Positions 13,308 to 30,078 of a stretch of 64,000 nt of DNA are shown piece after piece. The stretch is taken from the NCBI RefSeq assembly GCF_009914755.1, contig NC_060929.1; one strand, written 5' to 3'. The notes under the pieces were generated by a model. That model saw only the letters and a list, made by a program, of their open reading frames with translations, made no database searches and was not told where the DNA came from. The translations under genes were made by a program, and so were the position numbers. The stretch comes from the human T2T-CHM13v2.0 reference genome, Homo sapiens. Position 1 is the first letter of the stretch. Each line of letters opens with the position of its first letter.

Positions 13308-13974
13308 TGTGTTGAGTATGTATGCACTGGCAATGTTTATGTTGGCATGGTTGCCACTGCATTCAAATTTGGAACAAGTGAAAGTTTTGTGGCATGTGAC
13401 AGATTGTATCAGTGGTATTTTGATGATTAATATGATCCTTATTCAAATGGCTAAACTAGTAGAAAAAGAAAGCCAAAGTGAAAGAGAAATGACAAATGGT
13501 CCCATTATATTTCTGTTATAGGAAGCATTGGCAAAATGAAGCCAGGGAGGATGGAGGCTCTAATCACATTACCTTAGGATCAGTTTTGGAAACAAGATCT
13601 GGCTCACATCACCATCCTAATGTTTCTGTGAAGACTTGGAAAACATCATAATCATAGTGTTTACCCCATGAAGCATTTAGTAACAAAAATTACAGCTTCC
13701 CAGGCTGGGTAGAGGGGTAAAGAACTCTACTGTAATTGAGGACTATGGTGTAAAATAATTAAAATATTTCTAGAGAAATAGCAGAAGACACTTGAAACAT
13801 CTGCTTTTATTCAAACCTATCATTTCTATTTTTACAGAAAAATCTATTTTGTATTCAAATTTACTCTTATAAATCATAAGATTTAATGATTATGGATCTA
13901 ATAACTTTATTTGTCATATTCTATTGTCAATGGCCTATTATGGTAAGTACTAGCTGATCAGTAATTAGATGTGA

Positions 13975-14565
13975 TATCCAACATTTATTAATGTATGAAT
14001 TATGCTTAACAAATTAGCACAAACGTAGTGCTTAGAATAACACGTTTATCATGTTTATTATCTTGCAGTTTCTGAAGACAATGAATCTGGCCATTGCTTA
14101 ATTGGGTTTTCTAGGGTCTCTTGCAAAGCTGTGATCAAGATGTGAGCTATGGACAGTCTCATCCAAATGCTCAAGTGGGGAAGGATTGACTTCCAATCTC
14201 ATGTGGATATTAACAAATTCAGTCCTCAAGGAATATGGGACTCAATCCCTCAGTACTTGTTTGTTATCAACGGAGGCTGCCCTCAGTTTCTTGCCATGTG
14301 CACCTTTCCAACACACGAAGCTTCATCAAAGTCTATAAAAAGAAAGGCAATAGAGATAGTCTACTAGCAAGACAGTAGTCTCAATTACCTACAACTTCAT
14401 CACATTAGAGATATTCCCTTACTTTTACCATATTCTCTTGGTTGTAATTACATCATTAGGGAATTACTTTTAATCATGATCATAGCTCACTGCCAGGGGA
14501 AGAGATTAAAAAGGATGCGAAGAAAATGAGAATAATTAGGGGACATCTTAGAAGCTGCCTTTCCA
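13975..14565 (-). mobile_element. MLT1F-type MaLR solo LTR
   Basis: ggaggctgccctcagtttcttgccatgtg, cttcatcaaag, ending ggggacatcttagaagctgcctttcca. Confidence 0.8.
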
Positions 14566-15099
14566 AGTGATAACTGAAATGTGGTAGCTTTGCCTCTCTT
14601 TGAATGAGTAAAAGCCATAGTTAAACAAGTCAACATATGAAAGATAATTTGTACTCCTTTCTCTACCACGACAGAACATATTTGCTAATCTGGTTTGGGT
14701 TGCTTTAAACATCATCTGCATTGGATTTGTTACACAATAGTCAGTACAGACACTTCTCAAATCTTGTCTTCTCTACTGAAAACAGTGAATGTTTTAGATA
14801 AAGGTCTTTTCAGATTGATGCTTCTTATGTGGCTTTTATTCATGGGAGAGGGAGCAAGAAAGCATACAAGTCAAAGTGGTAGATATAATTTCTTAATTAC
14901 CTCACATTGGATATGCAGGTGAAAAAACATTTTGAAAATGTCTCAAAAAAGAACAAGGTAAGAAAATAAAGAAATCCCCAGCCTCTGTGTAGTTGTAAAC
15001 AAAGATGGCTGAATTGAGTAGAATTTTCTGCAGGTCCTTAAAAGAATGGATCAATATAAATAAAACAAATGAAGTTTTGTCAAGGAAACTAAGGATGTA

Positions 15100-15235
15100 G
15101 ATATTGCCATTATTTAAAATGTTGATATTTGTTTTATTGTGAAATTTTTCATTAATATATTAATATTGCTGAATTTATTGTCCTTCTACCCTTAAATTTT
15201 GCATTACTGGCAGACCAATCTTGGCCCCAGATCAC
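15100..15235. mobile_element. Possible MER96B-like hAT fragment
   Basis: aaaatgttgatatttgtt and cccttaaattttgc resemble the recalled consensus. Confidence 0.35.
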
Positions 15236-15936
15236 TTTTTTACTAAGTCTGAGGAGGAATGAAAACCCCTATTTATAAGTCAAGTTTCTAAAAACAAAAA
15301 ACACACAAACAAAAAAACATGTGGTCAGTTTATCCCAATGAAGATAAATTTACAATACTGATGTAGAGGAAGAATTAAAATAAATTGTGCTGAAACGTGG
15401 TGACAAATTCACCTTGGACATAAATGTGACAGAGAAAAAATCAGTGTCTCAAAAACTAGGATTATCTACCTACGGCCTCAGCAGAAGATGACTGGCTGTA
15501 TGCCACTCTCAGACTTGAGTGGCAACAATTATTCTGTGGGTTGTTGAATACAGATTCTCAACAGAGTTATACGCATCATGACCATGAAGGGACACATTCA
15601 GAACTGACAATGAGATTGGGAAGTTACACAGATGCTGTGATCAAAAGTGGCCAGTAACAATGAAACTACAACCAGAACATGACAAGTCAACAGTAACATT
15701 GCTCGTGATACCTAAGCCCCAAATCATAATTGGAATAGGTTCGTGTGATGTAGCAGTTGGAAATATTGCTGTCGTTGCTTGAATGTAAATTAATCAGAAG
15801 ACATTCTTTAAGAACTAATTAGATACATGAAACTGGAACCACTGGGACTTTCTCAGACATTTTGGGTGGTGACTATTAAGCTATATGTATTCCCAGAAAG
15901 CACCAGAGAAGTTCAACCTTTAGTAAAGAAATGATA

Positions 15937-15980
15937 AAACAAAACAAAACCAAAACCAAAAACAAAACAAAACAAAAAAA
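15937..15980 (+). repeat. (AAAAC)n microsatellite
   Basis: Directly visible. Confidence 0.9.
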
Positions 15981-16329
15981 CGAGGTGTTTTATAGCAATT
16001 GACTAAGTTCCAAGTTGGCCAGAGGATATCATGAAAACAGAAGATTGAATCAACTAGTGTTCAGATAAAATTAACAGAACCAGACATTGATTCTAAATCA
16101 AAGAGTTTTCACAGGCCAAAACATACAAGTAAATTATGGTTGATTTAACTAAGGCCTTATCTTTCATCCCCCAAACAGAGAGGAGTTTAGTTCAATTGCT
16201 TTATGTGGAAAGATGTGAAACATAAATTCAGGAGGATTCATAGAAGAGATTTGCTACTTTGGTTAAGAGTAAACTGGCTTATTACACTGATGATATTGTG
16301 ATTGAGGAAAAATAAGAAGTAGCACTGAG

Positions 16330-16732
16330 AGCAGTGCTGTCACTGGGGAAAGCATGTGTTTGGCATGTTTCAGTCTCTTGCTGTCTTCTTGGGTCAGGCT
16401 CTCAGTTGCCTTCTGCCTCCACCTCAGCTCAGTCACTGTTACCACATCCAGCCCCTGGAGGGGGCCTGGGTACAAGCACAGGAAAGTCGGCATTAGGCAT
16501 GTGGTGTCCCACACACTAAGTCATGGTATGGGGAGCTGAGGGTCTGTGAAGGTCTGCACTCAACACTTGAGTATCCCTGTGCCCAAAGGAGTATGACATT
16601 AAATAGCAAATATAGAATGTCATGATGGATCAAGTGACAGTGGTTAAAAATAAGTAAAATGTTTTCCTGTTTTTTGAAAGAGGCCCCAACTGTTCCTTGT
16701 AACTGTGCTCCACCATCTATTTAGCCACCCTT
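16330..16732. mobile_element. MER45B-like hAT DNA element inserted in the ERVL pol relic
   Basis: cccaaaggagtatgacattaaatagcaaat and a terminal ttttttgaaagaggcccc...tttagccaccct; pol homology stops before it and resumes after it. Confidence 0.6.
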
Positions 16733-17099
16733 AAATACGAGGTTTGCTAAGAATAGTTATTCACATAACATATAGGGGTTGATTGTTACATCCTTCAAAC
16801 AGTTAATTCAGAGACCAGTAACCACCATGAAATTTTAGGAAATCACTAAATTATACCACTAGACATATCCCCTCAAGCATTGAAAAACAAATCATTGTGT
16901 TTGAAGAATCCCACAAATAAAGTGACGCACAGAATGTAATAGGCTTATTTGTGTCCCGAAGGGCATACATTCTGTTTGAAATGTACCCTTGCTTAAGGTG
17001 ACCAGAAAAAAATGATCTAAATAGAGACTTGAGGAGCATAAGGAATTGTAGGACTGACAAAAGCTTGCTAACAGCACAGGGAAATTGGTCCATATATGC

Positions 17100-17614
17100 T
17101 GTAATGGTTACTATTGAGTGTCAACTCGGGTGGATTGAAGGATGCACAGTATTGTTCCTGGGTGTGTCTGTGACGGTGTTCCCAAAGGAGATTAACATTT
17201 GAGTGAGTGGACTGGGAGAGGCAGACCGACCCTGAATCTGGGTGGGCACCATCTAATCAGCCAGCTCAGATACTATAAAAACAGGCAGAGGAACCTGGAA
17301 GGACTAGACTGGCTTAGCCTTCCGGCCTACCTCTTTCTCCCATGCTGGATGCTTCCTGCTTTCAAATATCGTACTCCAGGTTTTTCAACTTTGGGACTCA
17401 TGGATCTTTGACCACAGACTGAAGGCTGCACTGTTGGCTTTCCTACTTCTGAAGTTTTGGGACTCAGACTGGGTTCTTTGCTTCTCGGCTTGCAGAGGGC
17501 CTATTGCAGGATCTTACTTTGTGATCATGTAAGTCAATGCTCTTTAACAGATTCCCCTTTATATGTACATCTATCCTATTAGTTATGTCCCTCTAGAGAA
17601 CCCTGAATAATACA
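17100..17614 (+). mobile_element. MLT2A (HERV-L) solo LTR
   Basis: tgtaatggttactattgagtgtcaact to ctctagagaaccctgaataataca; flanks TATGC and TATGG (4/5 TSD match). Confidence 0.95.
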
Positions 17615-18484
17615 TATGGTATACTTGATATTAGAAGTATCTGCTATACTGTATGCCAGGTCTTCTTTACTCCTTTGAATGCACCAAAAGTAAATGTGAA
17701 TGAATCTCAATAAAAAGCATTGAAAGGGCTATGATGAGAATGAGGATACTTAATCTGGTGGTGATAATGTGTTGTCGCCATACTAGATTTCCGAAAGGGC
17801 TGATTGTGAGAAGCATTATGACAAACACAAGCTGATATGTTTTTAGTAGTAGAATAGGCATGATTTTTATGACTTCACTCAATTGCATTAAAATGGGAAA
17901 TGTGATGCTGTGTGTGGGAGGGAAGTTAGGGGTGTAGATACTCTGTAATCAGTAAATCTCTCTGCTATGTGCATTATGTAGACAATTTCTCTACAGTTGA
18001 CTAGTGATTTTCTTCACAATGTTAGGCTTACAGATTTGTTCCTGTTTGTAGAACTGCAGTGTCAACTAACTCAGTAGAAGATAATAATGTTTTATCAATA
18101 ATATATTTATATTTTGGGGACTAATATCTCCTATATTAAGCAATATGTATTTTACCTTTTATTCCTTATATAATAATATGCACCCTAAGGATATTCTGTG
18201 TTTATTAAGTGGTTTTCAGAATAATGATGTAATTAATGGAATCTTTCTTTTAAATAACACTTTTGGAAACAATATTTTATGTTTATGTAAATTCGTGTAA
18301 ATTTAGAATGTTTTAGGTGTTTAGTTCCTAAAGCAGAATATATGTGATGCATGAAATGTACATTTTAAGGGCAAATACATATTGTAAGTTGTCATGTAAA
18401 TGATTAGCAGTGGGATACCATAGAAGGAATCTTGAACCATGATTCACAAAGTTGTACTATAGTGATGTTCTGTCATTAATTCTT

Positions 18485-18590
18485 TGTATGTCCTTGTGAA
18501 TATTACCTAAGCTCTCTGAACCTCAGTTTTCACAGTTATAAAACAAAAGTGATGGACTGGGTTGCCTTAAATGTCTTTTAAAAATATTCT
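18485..18590 (+). mobile_element. MIR core fragment
   Basis: ctctctgaacctcagttttcacagttataaaa. Confidence 0.7.
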
Positions 18591-18719
18591 ATGCCAACTG
18601 TAAGCAGCCTAAATAAACACTTGATATATTGATTGTAATAATACCAGGGTTTTTTTTTAACCTCTTACAATTAACTACATTTTATTTATTTATTTTTCTT
18701 TCACATTATTTTATACATC

Positions 18720-18898
18720 CATTGCTATGACAATTTAGAAACATGAAAACTACAAATTATAAGCAAATTCATAGACAAAATTATTAAAACAGACTAAAAG
18801 TGATGTAGCATATATTACTAGACCTATAAAATTTAATTAAAAATCATCATGCAAAGAACATTCCAGATCCAGATGATGTCACTTATGCATTCTACTAA
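18720..18898 (+). mobile_element. Old L1M ORF2 fragment
   Basis: ccagatccagatgatgtcacttatgcattctac resembles the PGPDGFTxEFY coding segment. Confidence 0.5.
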
Positions 18899-18899
18899 T

Positions 18900-20807
18900 T
18901 TTTTATAACTTCAACTTTTATAGTAGATTCACTTTATTTTAATCAAGGAGTACATGTGTAGATTCATTAGCTGAGCATATTGCATGATGTTGAGATTTGG
19001 AGTATGAATAATCTCATTACCCAGGCACTGAGCATGGTACCCAAGTGTGAGTTTTTCAACACTTTCTCTTCCCACTCTCTCTGCCAAGTAGTTCCCAAGG
19101 TCTATTTTTGCCATCTTTGTGTCCATAAGCATCCATTGTTTAGATCCCACTTATAGGTGAGAACATGTGTTATTTGGTTTTCTGATCCTGCATTAGTTTG
19201 CTTAGAATAATGGCCTCTAGCTGCATCTGTTGTTGGTGTATAAGATATGCTACTGATTTTTGTATATTAATTTTGTATCCTGAAACTTTACTGAAGCAGT
19301 TTATTAGTTCCAAGAGTCTTTTGGCAGAGTCTTTAAGGTTTTCTAGGTATAGAATCATAACATCAGTGAAGAGAAATAGATCGATTTCTTCTTTTCGTAT
19401 TTGGACACCTTTTATTTCTTTCTTTTGATGATTTCTCTGGCTAGTGCTTCCAGTACTATGTTGAATAGCAGTGATGAAAGTGGGCATCCTTGACTTTTTC
19501 CAGTGTTCAAGAGGAATGCTTCCAGTTTTCACCCATTTGTTATAATGCTAGATGTGGGCTTGACATAGATAATTCTTATCGTGTTGAGGTATGTTCCTTT
19601 GATGTGTAGTTTGTTGAGGCTTTTTATCAGTAAGGGATGCTGGATTTTATTGAAAGCTTTTTTCATGTTTATTAAGATGATCACATGGTTTTATTTTCTA
19701 ATTCTGTTTATGTGGTGAATCTTATTGATTTGTGTACATTGGACTAGTATTGCAACCCAGCAATAAGGCCTACTTGATTGTGGTATATTAACTTTTTGAT
19801 ATACCGCTTCATTGAATGTGCTAGTATTTTTGTTAAGAATTTTTGTGGAATACACAGGAATATTGGCCTGTCATCTTTTTTTTTTTTTCATTGGGTCTGC
19901 CAGATATTTCAATAAGGCTGATTCTGGCTTCATAGAATGAGTTAGGGAGGAGTCTTTCTCCCTTGATTTTTGGGAATAGTTTCAGTAGGACTGGTACCAG
20001 CTCTTAATTGTAGATCTAGAAAAATTAACTGTTAGTCCACCTTGTCTGGGGTTTTTTTCATTGGTATGTTTTTTGTTTTTTTGTTTTTTACTGACTCAAG
20101 TTCAGAACTCAATATTAGTCTGTTCAGTTTCAATTTCTTCTTGATTTAAATTTGGGAGATTGTGTGTTTCCAAAAATGTATCCATATTATCTAGATTTTC
20201 TAGTTTGTGGGCATAGAGGTGTTCATAATAGTCTCTGAGGATTTTTTGTATTTATAAGGTATCAGTTGTAATGTCACCATTGTTATTTCTGATAGTGCTT
20301 ATTTGGATCTTCTCTTTTTCTCTTTGTTCATCTAGCTAGCAGTCTTTTGGTCTTGTTTAAGCTTTCAAGGAATCAACATTTGCTTTCATTGATTCTTCGT
20401 ATGGATATTTGAGTCTTGATTTCATTCAGTTTTGCTTTCATTTATTTCATTTCTTCTGCTAGCTTTTGGGTTATTTTGTTCTTGTTTTCCCGGTCCTTCT
20501 AGGTGTGATGTTAGATCATTAATTTGAGATATTTCTTACTTTTTGAGGTAGCTGCTTAGCACTATAAACTTTCCTCTTAACACTGAATTTGGTGCGTCTC
20601 AGAGATTGGGGTATGTTGTGTGTCTGTTTTCATTTATTTCAATTTTTTTTTTTATTTCTGCCTTAATTTTATTGTTTACCCAACAGTCATTCAGGATCAA
20701 GTTGTTTAATTTCCATGTAATTTTGTCATTTTGAGAGACATTCTTGGTATTATTTTTATTTTTTATTCCACTGTTGTCCAAGAGTATAGTTGGTGTGGTT
20801 TTAATTT
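18900..20807 (-). mobile_element. L1PA13-16-like LINE-1 (3' UTR and ORF2) with a large internal deletion near 19228; resumes at 25274-25455
   Basis: 3' UTR gcatgatgttgagatttgg...ctgagcatggtacccaa; ORFs 19170-19532 and 20599-20781 are ORF2p fragments. Confidence 0.9.
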
Positions 20808-21405
20808 AATTTAATTTATTTACCTACTTATTATTATATTTTAAGTTCTGGGATACATGTGAGGAACGTGCAGGTGTGTTATATAGGTATATACATGCCA
20901 TGGTGGTGTGCAGGACCCATCAACCTGTCATCTACATTAGGTATTTCTCCTAATGCTATCCTCCTGTAGGCCCCATCCCTCAACAGGCCCCAGTGTGTGA
21001 TGTTCCCTTCCCTGTGTCCACATGTTCTCATTGTTCAACTTCCACTTATGAGTGAGAACAGGCGGTGTCTGGTTTTCTGTTCCTGTGTTAGTTTGCTGAG
21101 TATGATGGTTCCAGCTTCATCCATGTCCCTGCAAAGGACATGAACTTATCATTTTTTATGGCTGCATAGTATTCCATGGTGTATATGTATGTGTGCCACA
21201 ATTTCTTTATCCAGTTGGGCACTTGAGTTGGTTCCAAGTCTTTGCTATTATGAAGAGTGCTGCAATAAACGTATGTGAATAATTAATAATTTATAAATTT
21301 ATAATGTATAAATTTATAATCCTTTGGGTGTATACCCAGTAATGGAATTGCTAGGTCAAATGGTATTTCTAGTTCTAGATCCTTGAGGAATTGCCACACT
21401 GTCTT

Positions 21406-25273
<3,868 letters not shown>

Positions 25274-25455
25274 TGCGATTTTAATTTTTTAAAATTTATT
25301 GAGATCTTTTATGGCCAAACATATGGAATACATTCCGTATGCAGATTAGAAGAATGTATATTCTGTGGCTAATGGGTGGATCATTCCTTAGACATCTATT
25401 AGGTCCAATTGCTCACATGTCAAATTTAAGTGCATAATTTCTTTGTTAGTTTTCT
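25274..25455 (-). mobile_element. Continuation of the host L1PA13-16-like element
   Basis: aatttattgaga...agaagaatgtatattctgtg...tctattaggtcca continues the sequence interrupted at 20807. Confidence 0.85.
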
Positions 25456-25928
25456 TACTTTTTAAACAGAATGGAAACAAATTTCCTTAAGACTTCAAGT
25501 ACACACCTACATAAACATTAAAATCACTAAGAGTGTTTTACAATAAACTTGCACTACCATTTACACTGGATAATTTAAACTCAAATAAATGTTTATGTAT
25601 AAAGACAGACTTGCCAGTTTTTATTTCTTTTAAAAATTTACTTGTATACATTTTAAAATCTAATTTTTAGCCTTAGGAGGATAACATTACCTGTTTCACT
25701 GTCTGTTGGGGACTATACTGTAAGTATAACACTGTTTATTGTTGGAAAGAACAGCATGCAATCATACCTGTGAATTTGTAATGTGTAATAAACATTAAAG
25801 TATACTGATTCTTTGATTTTCTTTTCTCAAGTTATCACATAAAATGCTAGTTTTGCTGTTGGATAAAAATTTCCACACCTAAATTCATTTTATTTTTATT
25901 TCTTTTTGGAAATGCCCCCCAAAGTAAA

Positions 25929-25932
<4 letters not shown>

Positions 25933-25963
<31 letters not shown>
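25933..25963. repeat. (TA)n microsatellite
   Basis: Directly visible. Confidence 0.97.
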
Positions 25964-25964
<1 letters not shown>

Positions 25965-27059
25965 TAACAAATGAAGGGCCATTACATACCAATACAAAAC
26001 TAACTGAACTATACTTATAAGACTTCCGTTGTGAATTTGGCATGGGTACATAGCCAAATATAACATTTAGCCTTTTGAGGAATAATCATTTTGTAGTTAC
26101 TGTTCAATATTCATGGAAGCATAAGAGAAGCATGCTATTTAAACAAGGAGAAAGAGGTTTATATATTTACCCACCAAATAATCTGTAAATAAAGAATAGA
26201 GAGCCTGTGGACTGACACTTTTCATGTGAAAGAAGATCGAGTTTTTCCATATTATTAAGTAAATTCACTTGTGAAAGATACTCATTTTTTGGTGAAAGAC
26301 CCTCTTCATAAGCACGTCTTTCTAAATCAGTGTTTTTTGCTTAGATATATAAATTGGCAACCTGACTCTTAGATTGCTTTCACTACAAGTCAATGTTTGT
26401 TCCCAGCGTTAATATAGTCTAGCTACCTGAGTGAACTTTGCTCTAATTTCTTTCCAGAACTTTTATTCTAAACTTTCCAAAAATCTTAGGAACCATCAAT
26501 TCATTGACTTTCGAGTTGCCCTTATCATAATAGTCTTTGAGTTTAAAATGGGATCATCAACAAATCACAAAAACAGTGACTGATTTCACTACACCTTTGT
26601 TTTCCATTTTGGTGCTTATGCTAGGGTCTGATTTTGTACTTTCTAAACTAAAATGATCATAACATGATGCTATTTTTTTCTATTCATATTTTGTTGACAG
26701 TTATAGTTAAACATCTGCTTCTTGGTTGGCAAAGTGCCATTAGTTGCTAAGTTTCTCTCCTCCAAAATGACACAATTTTCTTTGCCTGGTTCTTTTGTAC
26801 ACCGATAGTCTTTCGGTTACTCATTCTGTCCATCAATATATAGAACTAATTTTAGGTGCCAAGTAAAAGTAACTTATGCAATGGGAGAAAATTGAAAGAT
26901 TTTTGAGGTTTGAGGCACTGGGTGCCTATGTGGTTATATTAACATATAACCGGTTATTTTTGACATGTTTATTGATATTGTATCTTATTCTTAATATCCA
27001 AATCAGTCATGTGAAACAATAAAATTTGTTCATTTTAGAAATGCTTAACACATGGCTTA

Positions 27060-27430
27060 TTTATGAGAGTGTGGACTGGGCAGTTTCTGGAACTATTAAC
27101 AATGCAGAGCTTTAACCACCAGGGATCTGAAGGGGTAAGAGGGAGGAGGGCAAGAATGTTACCATAACACAAAGAGAGAACTGCACAAAGAGAGCCTCCA
27201 TATAAGCTGTGAGTTTTTATCAAAGCACAGCACCAGAGTGCAATAAGCCTTCAAAGAGGGAGCTGAGACAAACGTACCAATTTCATTCACCTTCCTCCCT
27301 TCCTTGTCCTGCTGGTACTCCACTTTGACCATCAGTCACTAGGGAAAAAAGAAAAGGAGTCTTTTGATTTAGTAAAGATATGTCAGTCTTGGGAACAAAA
27401 GTGAAGGTAGATTAATGGAAGTTGCCTACA
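27060..27430 (-). mobile_element. Old ERVL LTR (LTR33/LTR41-like)
   Basis: ccaatttcattcaccttcctcccttccttgtcctgctgg and ending atggaagttgcctaca; abuts ERVL internal sequence. Confidence 0.5.
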
Positions 27431-29050
27431 CCTGTTTTGCACCATAACATCTACCATTGTCCTCTCTTCAGTTAAAAAATTGTGTAACAGAGGACATAAA
27501 AAGGCCTGTTGGTTACCAAATTTTTCTGGTATAATGGTAATACAGTCATATATCCACATGCAAATTAAAATGTTACCTACCACTGTACTCTTAATATAGC
27601 AGACAGATATAGGTCAGTGCAATTAATATCATAGCACTTCTACTGTCCTCAATTCTGCAATTGCTTATTAGCTTAAATTGGCAATTATTGTTGCTTCCTT
27701 CAACTGATATTATTTTCATATTCCCTTTATGTTCAACTAGCATTTTACCTAACATGACTTTTTAGCTTGTAGAGTGATTCATACCTTTATTTCTGCAGGA
27801 GTTTCGTCTCTGACGGTCTGGTCTTTATTGCCACAGTTATCCATTGGTCAGGATTATTGAGCAAGAAAAGTAGGCACCCCAATTAATTCTCAAGGTTTCA
27901 AATGATATTCTCTGTTTCTGTAATGTCCAGCAGCAATCTACTTTACCACTGGTAATTAGAATTCCCTGGCCAGTGTCATTCATCATCTCTGCTCATTCAA
28001 CCAGCAATAGGAGGCCAAATATACACAGTCCAGTCTCAATTTCAGATTTAATGAAGCCGTTACTATGTTCCCTGTTGGAATCATTTATTTGGCCACTGGT
28101 GACTCTCAATCAAGTGAGCCCCAAATCATGGTACAAAAAGAAAAGAAATGTCTCCAAGGGGCTATTTTGCTCATGGTGTGATCAAAATATTGCTAGTTGC
28201 ATTCATTGTTGTCATATTGTGACAAAGTTGGTACCATAAGCTGGCTTCTGGTTTAAAATAATGACTGAAGTCGTTTTCTGAGACAACTGGCCAAGTTTTC
28301 AGGGTGTTATTTCCCAGTTGATGTGGTAATTGATTCTTCAGTCAGGCATTTCACTGCTCTATCAAACCAGCTGACCCCAGGATTAATTATTTCTTTAGGC
28401 ATGAATCCATGACTATAGTGCAAAATTGGTTGTCTAGAAAGAAGAGATTATTTGTGGAACAAAACCGGTACAGGTGAAATATTATGCATGTCTATGAATG
28501 TTGGTGCTGGCCACAGCACTATAGCCAAATAATGCACATCTATTACCTCAGTATGTCTGTTCCAATGTTGAGAAAGCATTGACTGTCCATGATGAAAGGT
28601 GTTTAGTGCCATTACTCAGCTATTGAGAACTGTCTGATTGCCATTCACCCCACCACATCCACGGAATGGTGCCACATCTGGAGTTATGTGTCAACCTCAG
28701 CAGTAGCAGACATTCAGCTGTGATGTCAATAGGACCAGAGTGGGTGAGTGAAAGTTCATATTGCTGAGGCCAGTTTTGATCTTGATCATTGCCATCATGA
28801 GTACTTGGTACAGAGGCCCTTTGAACAGAGGAAAGGGTCTAACTGGCATTTACAAGATGGGTCTTCACATCCTCCTTGTTACTTAGATCCCCTTCCACAG
28901 ATATATACATTCATGTGGACATCAAAGAAAAAAAAATCTTCATACTTTGTTACCAACTTTTCAATTTTATTACTCCAAGTCTGTAAACCACAAGCCAAAC
29001 TATTGGTCTTTACACAGGAATGACTGAATATAAATAACACATCATGCAGA
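27431..29050 (-). pseudogene. pol: Ancient ERVL-class internal relic: late RNase H and integrase
   Basis: Minus-strand hand translation gives HSCVKTNSLACGLQTW (~29022-28975; cf. DSWAVANGLAGWSGTW), WPQQYELSLTHSGPIDITAEC (28772-28710; cf. WAQQHGLPLTKADLATATAEC) and AGLIEQ*NA*LKNQLPHQLGNNTLKTW (28371-28291; cf. AGLIERWNGLLK). Confidence 0.8.
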
Positions 29051-29159
29051 GTAATCAGGAAATCAGGCTATGTGGATTTGTCTTTCATTTCTATAACCAT
29101 AGATAATATTCCATGGGGGCATACAATAATTTTTTTAGGGTGAGATGAAAAAGCAGCAG

Positions 29160-29554
29160 TGTTATGGACTGAATTGTGTCCTCTACAATTCATAGGTTGA
29201 AGCTCTAAACCCCCAAACCTCAGAATGTGACTGTATTTAAATTCAGCCTTTAAAGAGGAAATTAAGTTAAAATGAAGTCATTAGAGTGGAATCCAGTCTG
29301 ACTGGTGTCTTTATAAGAAAAGGAACGTAGGAAACACAAAGAAATACCAGGGATGCACAGGCACAGGACCATGCGAGGACACAGTGAGAATGTGGCCATC
29401 TGCAAGCCAAGGAAAGAAACCTCAGAAGAAATCAAATTTGTGGACATGATGATCTCAGACTTCTCAGCCTCCAGTTCTATAACAAAATTAATGTACCTGA
29501 TACAAGACACCCAGTCTGTGGTGTTTTTTTAGGCAGCACTAGAAAGCTAATCTA
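29160..29554 (+). mobile_element. MLT1B MaLR solo LTR
   Basis: tgttatggactgaattgtgtcc, acctcagaatgtgactgtattt, gccatctgcaagccaagga. Confidence 0.92.
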
Positions 29555-29879
29555 AGTAGAAAAAGGTATCAGAGAATTCCGAAGCAGTACATGTCATCTG
29601 AAACTACACGTACTGGTCTTCCATTTAATATGTTCATTTTAAAATGGAATCTTTCAGTTCACATTGTATTTTATGGATCAAGGAAACAATTAACCTCCAG
29701 TTCAAGATAGATTGTTCAGGTCAAATATTATCTTGGTGCAACTATAGTTATGGTTAGGTTATTAAGCTCAATTAAAATGCAGGTTCAAGCCAAACTCTTT
29801 TTCAAATAGAGTAGCTGGCCCCTGTATTTCACAATAAATATTATTTTGTTATTTGGATTCTGTTTTTAAGTTTGTGGGT

Positions 29880-30078
29880 TTTTTTCCATGCTGTTGTGCA
29901 TACCTGTAGTTTATTTATATTGCTATATAACACATCATTATGTTAGTAAATTATCATTTCTTTAATAATAAATACACATATAGGTGGTTTGCAATTTTAG
30001 GGGACTGGTAATAATGTTATTAAGTACATACTTCTACATGTTTTCTGTTTCACTTGTGCATGCATTCACATTAGATAC
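29880..30078 (-). mobile_element. Old L1ME-like fragment, left part (host of THE1A)
   Basis: ttccatgctgttgtg...tgtagtttattt and ggtggtttgcaatttt; continues at 36142. Confidence 0.65.

Larger units (their letters stand above)
15490..17670 (+). pseudogene. pol: Ancient ERVL-class (class III) pol relic: protease, RT and connection, with stops, frameshifts and nested insertions
   Basis: Hand translation gives, in the expected order, FCGLLNTDSQ (15532-61; cf. protease LLDTGS), MVDLTKALSFIP (16136-71; RT motif DLxxAFFxIP), LAYYTDDIV (16274-16300; YxDD), IQRPVTTMKF (~16806), AQNVIGLF (~16927) and LILEVSA (~17625). Confidence 0.8.

Noticed and set aside
12707-17614. The two MLT2A LTRs as the ends of one HERV-L provirus enclosing the pol relic
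   Set aside because: They are in opposite orientation, each has its own TSD, and pol homology continues past the right LTR
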